Origin: Amoebidium appalachense | Taxonomy: Eukaryota > Protista > Ichthyosporea | Length of the DNA stretch: 64,000 nucleotides | Direction: 5' to 3' | Assembly: GCA_963693365.1 (NCBI GenBank) | Contig: CAVNZM010000004.1 | Coordinates: 2,192,389 to 2,256,388 of the forward strand | Shown here: positions 18,116-30,360 of the stretch, one piece after another | Layout: each line of letters starts with the position of its first letter | Numbering within the stretch: position 1 is the first letter of the stretch | Position numbers and translations under genes: made by a program | The notes under the pieces: model-generated | Database searches by the model: none | What the model was told of the DNA's origin: nothing | What the model saw: only the letters and a program-made list of their open reading frames with translations

Positions 18116-18160
<45 letters not shown>
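17190..18160 (+). mobile_element. Probable 5'-truncated non-LTR retrotransposon (post-RT C-terminal region) followed by (CA)n and poly(A)
   Basis: Intronless AT-rich ORF (17112-18005) with LVPIAARVSYLALKF..RL, DGIIDQLP..RAIQWR..ACP..FNRSCIAKC..NILDFILN. From memory this resembles the Cys-containing C-terminus of LINE ORF2 proteins in fungi and protists. No RT catalytic motif is present. (CA)n follows the stop codon, then a long poly(A) at 18120-18160. Confidence 0.5.
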
Positions 18161-18161
<1 letters not shown>

Positions 18162-18354
18162 GGGGAACCCCAACTAATTGATTTCTCCTTGTAGTCTTTA
18201 TGGTGTCTCGTAGAGAAAGTAAACCCTGATATATAGTCACCACCCGACATCTATGTACGTGATCATGATATACCGCTGAGGGGATATTCCGAGCAAAACC
18301 CCCCCCCCATACCTGAGACTGGTTCTCTTTGCCTCGAGTAAACAGCGTAAACCC

Positions 18355-18391
<37 letters not shown>

Positions 18392-18691
18392 TGTCTTGAA
18401 TCTAGTACTGCTGGAAGCTGTAGCTGAGAAGTTGAAGGGCCAGCTCTAGTCATTATCATCAACCCTTATCTGGTGGACACGTACGTAACACGTGGAAAAA
18501 ACATCAGAATTTCGTGGTGCGCTTTAGGCCAGTTGGAATCGATTTTGAGTGAGCCACATTATGCTAGATCTGAAGCATTCCGGTTGGTGCATATATATAA
18601 CCGTTAGCAACGACGGATGTGCCTAATCCGGTCGCAACACAAGCACGGATACAATTCACCAATCACTTGTGAGCTCATCTTGAGGGGAAGG

Positions 18692-18723
18692 TATATAAGG
18701 AAGCGTGGCCGGTAACGTTCATT
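18692..18723 (+). promoter_or_regulatory. Putative TATA box and initiator of adhesin paralog B
   Basis: TATATAA at 18692-18698 and TCATT at 18719, with spacing similar to paralog A. Confidence 0.5.
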
Positions 18724-18838
18724 TGTGAATCCAAATCAACCGGCAGGATTCACGTACAACATAACGAAGAATTTGTTCCCCTTTCTAAACCTAGCGTACA
18801 GCCTACTATAGCGAGCTCTCTCTTTTAGCGAACTGAAA

Positions 18839-19517
18839 ATGTTTTCCATTTTGTCTGCCCCCGCCAGGGGTGGCGGGTGCACGTGGATTAGGCGCGTTGT
18901 TGCCATTTCCCTACTGGTCTTGTTTTGCAGCTCTGTTCAACCAACGGCCGCCCGAGCCGACACAGATATTGTGTCGTGTGAAAAATGCACAGTAAGTTTT
19001 CACCATGGTTTTTGTTTGGATTCTCCACCGAAGTGCTTTCTTCGACTGCTACGGGACGGGAGGGGTGAGAAAGAGTTGAAAACAGTGGGCCATGCACATG
19101 GCAGTGTTTTCGTATGAGCGGTAGTGGATCATGAACAAACCATACAACAGGATGGTAAAGAACGCAATGAAAAGTAGTGGCTATATATACCTGGTTCTGC
19201 AATACAATAGGATGCTGAAAAAAAATATAATCAAAACGATCAAGAAGGATAAACCATGGCCAAGTTTAGGAGCGGAAAACCCACACTAGGAAAAACGATT
19301 TCACTGAACAGAAATATAGTAGATAAGAGAAAAGCAGCACATATGGGTAGGTGAGCTTATGGGCAGGTGGGCCTATTCCATTCACAGTACGGGAGCTAAA
19401 ACCAGTGCTGTTTGCAGGTACGAGTTTGTTTTTGCCATCGACTCGTCTGGGTCCATCAATAAAGGCGACTACTGCTCTGACCTTCGCTGCTGGGGCCAAA
19501 GTAGGTGTCATAATTGC

Positions 19518-19549
<32 letters not shown>

Positions 19550-19769
19550 CGCTGCTTGCACCTTGTACACACCATTTTGGCACATGCACGTTTATGTGCC
19601 GCCAAATGTGCACCAATGTGAAACCATTCGTTTTCTTAGCTTTATTTTATTTTTATTAGAACATGTAAAAATGGATAAAACTTTGAGTTTGATGAAGGTT
19701 GAGATAACCGCAAATATACACGTGACTGTTTTCCCCCTTTGTTCCCTGAAACATAAACACACACGTACA

Positions 19770-19819
<50 letters not shown>

Positions 19820-20046
19820 CCCACACACACATGCGCGCGCACACAGGCACACGGGCGCGCACACGCGCAGGCAGGCACGCAACCACGCATACTTGCACGC
19901 ACGTACACACGCTCACAATCACGCACGCACGCACGCACACAGGCACGCATGCACACACACACGCGTGCTGGCACACACACACACACACACACACGGCCAA
20001 AAAAAAACACTAGCACATTCATACACATCCAGAAAAAGCCAACACA

Positions 20047-20083
<37 letters not shown>

Positions 20084-22113
20084 ACACACCACCCTACCGC
20101 ACAAGCACATCTACATGCACACGTGCACAGGCACAGACACGCTCTACACCTGCACACACACTTCACTCATCCACACACTCACGACACACACAAAACCAAA
20201 AACCATTATCATTACTAACATCACGTATAAGTATATGATAGTACTTATCCCCAGTGGCCTTGCTAATCCTATTTTGCGTCCATCCACAGTGAAGGACTTC
20301 ATTGTTCGTTTCCTCGCCCATCCACGAATCACCATCAGCCCCCAGAAATCAAGAGTCTCTCTCGTCCGCTTTGGCACAAAGACAAATTCGGACTACAATG
20401 GGGTTGTTGTGGATGTTTCACTAGACGACACACGTGCATCTGATCTCAGTTCCATCACAAAAATTGCACAGACACTCCCGTATGCGCCTGGTCATACCCC
20501 TACTAGTGCTGGTGTTGATGAGGCACGAAACCAAATGACGAGCTTTTCTCGTCCAAATGTCACGAAAATTATGGTGGTGCTTACGGATGGCTTCCATTCT
20601 GCCGGCTTTGATCCGGAGGAATCGTCCGCCGTAGCGCGCACGGAGGAGGGGATAAATATAATCGCGGTTGGAATCGGCGGATACAAAAAGGAGGAATTAC
20701 TTAATATGGCGGGATCGCTCGATCGCATAATCGAAGTGAGCGATTTCAGCAAACTTGAAAGCACTTTAGACCAACTTCTAAGCACCATTTGCACCGTTGT
20801 TCCGCGTAACGGTCAGTGGGGGGATTGGTCGTATGAGCCATGCACAACCACATGTGGGGTAGCTACAAAGAAGGCCTTTCGCTACTGCAACAACCCCTAC
20901 CCCAATAGCTATGGGCAGCCATGTACGGGTACAGGGGTGGTCAATGTGAAGTACAACGGCAAGGACACACTCATGCAGACACAGACACGAGACTGTGAGG
21001 TCATTCCATGCCCCATCAACTGGTATACATACTCCCCTCCCCCCCCCCCCCCCCCCCCCCTTCCCCTCCGGCCCCTCCCCCCACCACACACACATACACA
21101 CACGCCCCAAACCCCCCTCCCGCTTCTTCTGTAGGTCGACCCCACTTCCTTCAGGGCACACAGGGCACATTATCTCCTTGAAATAAATAAAATAAATGTG
21201 GCTGGAATTCCGTCTTTCTTGGTTTGGAGTTATGTGACCTTAATCTGCAACCAAAATATGAACACCCTATAGCAGCACCAATCCATTTAACTCAATAGAA
21301 ATCCTAAATAACCCCCCATAACTCCACACATCCCTCTCATTTCACCATCACATGCATTTTTCTAAATTTCATCCCCCCCTGCAGTGCTGTCAGTGAGTGG
21401 GGTGCCTGGAGTGGCTGCCAGCCCGGCTGCAACAACCAGGACCCACTAGTGCCCGGCCAGCAGACACGCACCCGGCAGGTCACCACTGAGCCCATGCATG
21501 GCGGCCAGATATGCCCCACACTCACCCAGACATACCCATGCACTTCACTGTATGCAACCCTCCCCCCTCCCCCCTCCCCCCTTCCCTCTCCCCCTCCCCC
21601 TGGCGGCCCCCCACCCTTCCACCCTTTTCTAGCTTTCGATCTCTTGTTACAAGCTCGCTCTCTCTCCCTCCCTACCTCCCCCCTTCTGTGAGAGAGGAAA
21701 AACTCAGAAAACGGCATGCGAGGGTGTTTTCTGAGAGGTGTGGAGCTATTATGTATGCTTGAGGGTTACTAGTGAGTGATATTGAGATTTGGTTAAAACG
21801 GGGAAAGATTAGTGGCGTTATAGAGTGTTCATGTCTCCTGTCTCGACCCCCTTCTCCAACCCCCTTCCTTCTCTCTTTTCTTTCCACCTTCCCCCTCCCC
21901 TCCGGCTCCCTAAATCTTCCAGTCCGTTCCGTTATGTATATAGCCATTACCACACAAGTCCCCCAATGCGCCCCCCTAAGGGCAAAAAAAAATAAAAAAA
22001 ATAAAAAAAAGACCCTTACTCCAGATATCTCTCTAAGTCAGTAGCTGCCATCGAAAAACGACCATCCAACACACGTGTGTTCCCTAACTCCCTCCCCCCC
22101 CCCCCCCCCCCCC

Positions 22114-22145
<32 letters not shown>

Positions 22146-23407
22146 CCCCCCCCCCCCCCCCCCCCTCCCCTCCCCAACCACCACCACCACCACCATCCAC
22201 CCCCCATCCTCAACTTATCCTATCTCTCTTCCATGACCGTCCCCATCTCCAACTCCCCTAACCCCCCCCCCCCCCTCCCCCCCCCCCCCTTCTCCCTTCC
22301 CCTTCAGGTGCAAGGTGGACTGTGAGCTCAGCCAGTGGGCCGACTGGGTGTGTGATGCTGCCAGCAACTGCAACGGCATCAATGCAGCCGCCAATGGCAC
22401 AAAGACAAGAACTCGCCAGGTTGCCCGCCAGCCGGCAAATGGTGGCCAGGTACACTATCTCCCCTCCCCCTCCCCCCTTCCCGCCACCCCTCCCTTCATC
22501 CTTCTCTTCCCCATCCCCCAGTCCCCCCCCCCCCCCCCCCCGTCCCCCCCCCTGCCCCAACGGTGCTTCCTCTTTTCCCCTCCAACCCTCCCCCCACGTC
22601 CCATCTTCGGCCCCACTTCCTCTCCGGTCTCCCTTTTGCCTCCTGCTTTCGTGCCCATTTCTCTCCCCCCTTCTTATGACGATACCCGCACATGAAAGCC
22701 CCCAGTGATCATACATTCGTTTATGCCCAAGAGCAGAGGCCATTTATGCCCCCTCTTCCCTGCCTCTTCCTCGATGTCTCCTTTTCTGTTCTACAAACTG
22801 ATGCTAAATAGGAACCCGTAAATCCATCTTTTGAGATATGCACATGCAAGATTGTCTTTAAGTTACCTATATAATGACCTACCACCACAAGTTTTTAACA
22901 TAACTACTTCCCCACCACGCACAGACATGTTCCGGCCCACTCAGTGAAACTCTACCCTGCACCTTCACCTCGTGTACCATCGACTGCAAATACAGCCCTT
23001 GGGCCGACTGGTCAACACCCATCCCCACCTGCCCCCCTGCCTCCCAGGGCACACTTCCTAATCTTCAGGTCGATCGCACCCGCACCCGCACCGTTGAAAA
23101 ACCCCCCGGGAGCAGTGCAAATTGCAGTGCGATGGAGGGGGTGCAAAACCTGCAGCAGATGCAAACAGTGACTGTGCCGTGTAACGTGGACTGCCGCTAC
23201 TCCAAGTGGACTGATTGGTCGCTATGCTCCAGTCGTTGCACAAACACCTCGGGTACGTAACATCCCCAATCCCCCCCTCACCCCCCCCCCCCCCCCTCGC
23301 TCCCCCCCACCCACGCACACACACACACATACACACACACTCTCTCTCGCTTTCTCAGCCTTTTCGACTATATGGCTCCCCTCCCCCCACCCTCCCCGTG
23401 CATGACT

Positions 23408-23442
<35 letters not shown>

Positions 23443-23675
23443 TTCCCCCCGAGGATGGGCTCTGCTTATTTTGCATACTCTTTATGTGTGGTTTGCACTC
23501 TGCATGGTGTTGTCCGTTATCTATGTGTACTTCGTACTTTATGACGCATTCAAATCTCCCCCGCCCCTCCCATACACACACACACGCCCACCCACCCACC
23601 CCCCTCTTCGACTCCCCCCCATCTCCCCCCTCCAATACACACACACACGCCCACCCACCCACCCCCCTCTTCCAT

Positions 23676-23709
<34 letters not shown>

Positions 23710-23907
23710 ACCACCACCACCACCACCACCACCCCACCCCATCCAACCTTTGCCCTCCTTTACCAAAGTCTCATCTCCCTCTCAACATTTTTGCACATCA
23801 TCTAAAGGCCGCCTTCCAATCCCATTTATCTTGCCCATTTCTTTCTTCTCCCAATTATCTCCCTCCTAAGCAGAGACCATGTATTCCTAACACTCCGTAA
23901 TCTCCTC

Positions 23908-23948
<41 letters not shown>

Positions 23949-24004
23949 CCCCGCCATAATACTCTCCCCCCTCCCTTCCACTGCCCGTCTCCCTCCCTTC
24001 TCCG

Positions 24005-24035
<31 letters not shown>

Positions 24036-25716
24036 CCCTCCCCCTAGTTCCAGGCACGATGTGGAGCAGCCGTTCGATCATCCAGCAGGCCCACAACCAG
24101 GGCACTGCCTGCACCCAGGACACCCACAGGGAGACAAAGTGCGAGGACACCTCAGAGTGCCCTCGTGACTGCCTCGTACGTGCCCCCCCCCCCCCCCCCC
24201 CCTCGGCCTTTCAGCTCCCCCTCTCCCCCTCCCCCCCCCCCCCCCCCTCTTCCCCGACATCATGGCAACCCCGACTTTTTGCTCGTCACCTTTTTCCCAC
24301 TCTCCCTTATCAGAGTGTCCTCGTTGTAACCTCTGCAACCCGCTACCTCCCTCCCACTCTCCCTCTCTCCCTCTTCCCCCCCCCCCCCCCCCACCTCCCC
24401 CCACCCCCCCCCACCCCCCCCCCCCCCCCCCTTCCCCACCCTCTCCCATCCTTGTCTGGCCTGGCCACAAACCCACCACCTCACCCCAACCACCTTCCCA
24501 GTTATCCATTTTGGGCTTTATAATGTAAGAAGCCGTCACTCTTTTTATTTGCATACAGTGACTATTAATCCGTAAAGCTAACATATGATTATTGCCCAAT
24601 CAGGTGGCCGACTGGTCCACATGGACCACGTGCACCTACACGTGTACCCCCGGCAACCCCACGGCCCAAGGCACCAGCATGCGCACCCGCACCATCTCCC
24701 ATGCCCCCATGTTTGGTGGCAGGGACTGTCCCGTGACTGTCGAGAGGGTATGTGCTTACCATCCCCCCCCCCCCCTCCCCCCCTCCCGGCCCACACACCC
24801 AACCACTCACCCCCACCTGCACACCTCCCCATTCCCCCTGCCCCTCTGTGCCGGGGTTGACCTGGGCCTCTCCTCAGCATGCGCTCTGCTTGTCATTCAT
24901 ACTCTCTATGTGTACTTTGCATTCCTTAAAGCACACATTCCCCCCTCCCCCCTCCCCCCGCTCCCTCCCCCCCCCCCCCTCCCCCCCTCCCCCCGCTCCC
25001 CTCCCCCCCCCCCCCCCCCCCCCTCCCCCCCCCCCGCGCGGGGTTCTCCCTCCCTTACTTTCCAAAGAATAAAAAATATGTACATACTACACCCTGTGTT
25101 GCATACACTTACACAAAAGCACCAGGAATTTAAATTCCCAAACACACTTTTTGTACACACACGAAGCCATGTGCTCTAGACTCGCATCCAACTAACCCAT
25201 CCCCTCCAACCTCCCTCCCCCCCCCCCCCCCCCCCCCCCCGGCCCCTCCCCCCTCCCCTCCAGCAATCGTGCACGGTGACGTCATGCCCTGTGGACTGTG
25301 TGCAGACCGAGTGGTCGTCGTGGAGCATCTGCTTCTGCGGTGTTGAGGTCGAGCACAACCGCACACGAAACACCGTCACAAACGCTACAAACGGCGGCAC
25401 CCCCTGCGGCAATATTTGGGAAACAGAGAAATGTGCCCCAGATTCGTGCATATCTGCCAAGGCCGAGACAGCAACATCAACAAAGTCTAACACGGCAAGT
25501 ATTATTGGTGCAGCCGTGGGTGTAACGGCCGCAGCCGGATTGGTTGGCCTTGTGGCGGTGCTTTGGGTCAGACACAACCATATGGCTAGCCTGGCCACCA
25601 CCCAGTCAATCACGCACGATGCTCTGTTTAGCTCGTCTGCGTCAGCAAACAATCCACTGTTTGCAAGCCCTACAACGGAAACGGTAAACCCTGCGTATAT
25701 TGATTCGGTGGTGTAG
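18839..25716 (+). CDS. Type I membrane adhesin, paralog B: signal peptide + vWA (MIDAS) + 7 TSP1 repeats + TM + NPxF/NPxY tail; apparent +1 frameshift in exon 1
   Basis: 9 exons: 18839-18991, 19418-19500, 20290-21022, 21385-21549, 22308-22449, 22925-23252, 24048-24175, 24604-24747, 25264-25716. vWA motifs FAIDSSGS, GHTPT, VVLTDG. TM IIGAAVGVTAAAGLVGLVAVLW. Tail NNPLFASPTTETVNPAY. Removing one A from the A5 run at 18981-18985 restores SCENAQ (as in paralog A) and the exon 1/2 phase. Confidence 0.85.
23451..23554 (+). repeat. About 105-bp dispersed intronic repeat, copy 1
   Basis: GAGGATGGGCTCTGCTTA...GTGTACTTCGTACTTTATGACGCATTCAAA. Close copy at 57563-57667; partial or diverged copies at 24878-24930, 37781-37815, 40660-40715, 51903-51957. 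Confidence 0.85.
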
Positions 25717-28479
25717 GTGCACGCAATGCATACTTGGTGCATAGGTGGGTGTTGCGCCTAAGAACTCTGATTTGTGTTGTACTCTCTAAAGGGTGAAGGG
25801 GGGAAATGTCATTCCATCGTTGTTTTTTTTTGGAGCCTCCTTTTATTTGCTTTTTCAGTTTTTTTTTTTTTTTTGGTTAGTTGGTTCGGGCTGTGAAATT
25901 TAAAACTACTTCTTAAGCCCCGAGGGCACGTGCGGGCCGCGTGTTCATTGGTGGCTTCACCACGGGTGACATAATTATGCTCTCCGGTATGTGTGTGTCT
26001 ATATGGACACCAGCGTGAGAGATCTCTGCCATATGTAGCTAATAGTGACGTAACAGTGATGTAATAGTGACACAATGACGACGTATGTGCTGGCACATAC
26101 TCGAGCAATCTTATCATCATTCCCACTCCAGTGTCCAATTGCTTAGTAATCGTATACTTATAAAGCGTTAAAGCGGCACACACTTGATATAAAGCATTGT
26201 GTGTATATACGTGTGTGTTTCTTTTCTAATATCAATAAATGCACTGGTATGACGTAATGGACCGAGGTACAGGGCACAGCACCAGCAGATCTAGACTGTG
26301 TAACACACTGGCATTTTCCACGTTTCCAGAGTATTCCAACATCTTTTTTCTAGGGGGATATTGGAGGGAGGGGAGAGTGGGGGGAGGTGGGGAGGTGGGG
26401 AGGGAGAAGGTGTGGGGGTGGGGGTGGGGTGGGGGCTGGGGGGATGGGGTGGGGGGGGGGGGGGGGGGGGAGAACATGGGGAATGAAATGGCCAGGGATG
26501 GGACGGGGAGCTGTGGAAAAATGGGGGGGGGGGGGGGGGGAGCAGGAGAAGGAGCGCACAGGAATATTTGGGAGTAGAAATGATACGAGTCGTTGCGGCC
26601 TAGTAGCTAGACTGATGGGGGAGGGGCAGGGACGTACACCGAAATTGGGCATCTAGCTGGCAGGCAGGAGCAAAGAGGGCCGGGGGAGGGGGGGAGGGGG
26701 GGGGGGGGGGAGGGGGGGGGGGGGGAGGGGGGGTAACCAAAAATTCATAGACCTCTTATCAAGCCCCCCCATATATCAAAACCTTGTCCCCCCCTTCCTC
26801 CCCCCCTCCCCGGGGGGACTCCTGCCGCACTCGGGGAGGGGGGACTCCTGCCGCACTCTCCCCTTCCCCACCGGATTCACGGTATCCCTAATAGTCTACT
26901 TAGTGAGCTTAACAACCCCCCTTCCCCCCCCCTCCCCCCCTCCCCCCCTCCCCCCGGCCTCCCCCCCCCCCCCCTCCCCCCCCCCCCCCCCCCCCCCCGG
27001 GGGGCTCCCCCAGCCCTCTGAACGGTTTTTGAAACCATTCCACAGGCTCCGACTTTAAACACTATCTTGGCTCAGTTGAAAACACATCGAAACGTTTCAA
27101 ACATGATTATAGACGCTTATCATAATCGATATGGATTACTACGTTTCTGCCTACGTGACACTTGTATCGGGCTATTGGCCATGGCCCTCTCTCTGCAGCT
27201 TTCAGGGACCAGAAGACAACGATTGAATATGTGTGCCTAAACGATCTGTTCACCAAGTTGGTAGCCTTACGCCTTTCGAACACCTCGTGATTTCCAAGTA
27301 CTGGCCAAGGGAGGCAGCATCGTGGGCATGGTGTACATGCGTAGATGGCATGGCACATGCAGTCTCCAACCGTGTGCAATTTGATGCATCACGAAGTAGA
27401 AAGGACTATCTGCTTACTATGGAACTCTTGTGACCGCGAGCAAACGCCTCCTTATGAGACAAAATTACCCACACATGTATACAAAAGTGAGTGACATAGG
27501 CTGTCACATGTACAAGTTGTCACGTACCCCCAAACAAATATACAGTGTAGCTAATATTAACAGCCTTTCTTTCCCGAACCGTGTGTGACGGATTTCTAGG
27601 CGGGCCCGGGTACCATATCAGGAGCGGGCAATTTTTGAATTCTCCCTCCCCGGCCCCGCCGGGGAAAATTTGAGGTTTTTGGACCTCAAAGAAGTCAAAT
27701 CCTGCAAAATCCACTACCGGGAGGCCAAAAAGGGTGATTTTACAAAAAAGGAGGGACATACATGAAAAAGAGAAAATGGGCGAGTTCAGTGGGCTGCCGA
27801 TAAGTATATTTCGTGCTGGGCCGGTATACATGCTGCCGTGGTTGTTGCTGTAGACGGCAGTATGGCATCGCATGTGTCACGTGACCTGCACGTGAATGCG
27901 ACCATGTGCAGGCACTGAGTCTAGGGGGATTTGTATGTGTGTTTTGGAGCACCGACAAGGCAGAGCCAGGGTGAGGGATGTGTAAACATGGAGTTTAGGG
28001 AGATCGTGCTGCTATTGTAACATGTGCACAAAACAGCCACGTGCACCGGCACACTCCGGTGTACAGAACAATAATATGCACATGCGTCACTGTAATATCA
28101 TGTATGCGCATGCCGCACAAGGTTTAGGAGACCACCACAGTATATACTATTTTCTTTTGGTTGATATCCATGTAGGAATGGTGTGTTGCAGTTGTCATGA
28201 TCAGCCTGAGGCAGGCACGTGCACTCACTGAATCACTAGAACTCATGAATAAAAAATACATTCGCTAAAAACGGCAAGGTAAATTTGGGGCCAAGCTATT
28301 ATTTCCCCCTTTTAAACGTTTTTTTAGCTCCAAGAACTTCGACGCCAAAATTTCTATATTTGGCCATCGTATATGATAATGAACACGTGTACTTAAATTA
28401 AAGTAGTTATATAAATATGAGCGGCCCGTTACAAATACAGTGACGAAAAACAGTGACCCACGAGCAGTTTTTCTTTCTA

Positions 28480-28525
<46 letters not shown>

Positions 28526-29804
28526 ACACACACCAGACACACACACCACCACCACGGTGACCACCACCACCACCACCACCACCACTCACCCCTTAAAAAA
28601 ACCACACACATACGTGCACGTGTACACACACACACAGAACACCACCACCACCTCCACTGGACCCCATTTCCTCGTTGTTTTCTTAAGCCTTCAGACCAGT
28701 CCTGCACACTGGAGTTAAACAATTGAATTCACCTAGGCTGACATGCATCCACCCCCGCCTTCCACTTCCCCTCCCCCCACCCCCTCCCCCCACCCCCCCC
28801 CACCCCCACCCCCTCCCCCTCGATGAAGAAGGGCCCCCGTAAGCCTTGGGGGGGGGGGGGGAGGGGGGGGGGAGGGGAGAGGGGGGAGCTCTTGAGCCTC
28901 CGGGTAGGGAAGTGGGGTCCGGGGATCCGGAGAGGAGGGGGGGGGGGGGGGGGGGGAAGGGGGCATATAATATTGGGCCTAGATATCATAGTATGGGGCC
29001 CCGGGGGAGGGAGAGGTGGGGGGGGGGAGGGGGGAGGATCCACGGGAAAGACCTTTAGGTGCATGTTCTTATTTATACCCCCTTCGAATCATCCCCCCTC
29101 TCCCCCCCCCTCCCCCCCCCTGAGTGCAGGCCGTGACGTAGCTACGATAACCCTGCAGAAGGCAACAAAAATGTATTAATTACTAGCACTATACATGTGT
29201 TCATAGTGCAGCTTGCACCACGTATGATCTCAGCAACTTTAAAGTAGTCACAAAGTTTAGTTATTTTCATTATTTTCATTGCTCTGAACTCTATTACTCT
29301 GAAATGATCACCGTGCATGTGCCGCAAGATAACAACCCTATATGTGTGCAGCTGCTGCCTGCAGGTTAGACTCGCTGAAAAGACAATTGTCAGTGTGCAC
29401 CCGACGCTTGCAGCTGCAGCTAGCCTCTGCAACATTAATACTTGCCAAGTGAATGCTCTTACACTTGATCATCATTCACTCAAAAAACCGAGGACCGACA
29501 GATTAAATATTAATGTCGATCCGAATGATCAGCAAGTGTCTATGCGTACTACTATATATACACACACGTAAAATGCGAAGCTATCAGTTACAAGGCACAC
29601 CTGCTGCACTGGCACACATACACATACACACCGGCAGATCGATGCTGTCAAAATTTACTTTCATGTACTTCGTAGGTCCGACACAGGTGCACATGAACAC
29701 GTACATATGTACAAGCCGCGCACACACCACACCACACATACACACACACACACACACACTCACACACACACACGCACACACGCACACACGCACACACGCA
29801 CACA

Positions 29805-29836
<32 letters not shown>

Positions 29837-29854
29837 CACACACGCACGCGCGCG

Positions 29855-29920
<66 letters not shown>

Positions 29921-30360
29921 GACACACACACACACACACACATCACTGGGTGCGCTCGCTGGGGATTAGTTTTTTGGCACGCTGTTGACTTTATCGTGTG
30001 TTTATTATTTGCTATTTATTGGCCAGCGGCCAACATTTAAAAATATACTATATACCTAAAAATAGATACTGACTACGGCCAGCAGACATTATACACCTTC
30101 CAGGACACATTAACACCAATAGTCTAACACACCATACTCTCGATCACAAAGAATTCCTAACAAACAGAGAAAAGTGCAAAGGCTCTGTACTATTACTCAG
30201 ATTCTAAATTTTAATTCTTTACAGTAAACTTCGGAATGAAAGCTAGCCCCCCCCCCCCCCCCCCCCCCCCCTCCCCCCTAACATGACTGTACGAAGAACA
30301 GGTATAACTTGAAGCACTACAACACATATGAGATCCGTTACATTGGTGTACATTCCAATA

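Noticed and set aside
19359-21134. 591-aa single ORF as a complete vWA protein with poly-Lys and His/Thr repeats
   Set aside because: It reads through intron 19501-20289. Splice sites and the alignment to paralog A show that the poly-A and CA repeats are intronic.
27080-27430. Degenerate retroviral-type integrase fragment (GPLSAAF...EYVCLNDLFTKLVAL)
   Set aside because: Only a faint resemblance in a frame with several stops, with no other LTR-element domains or LTRs nearby. A tBLASTx search would be needed.
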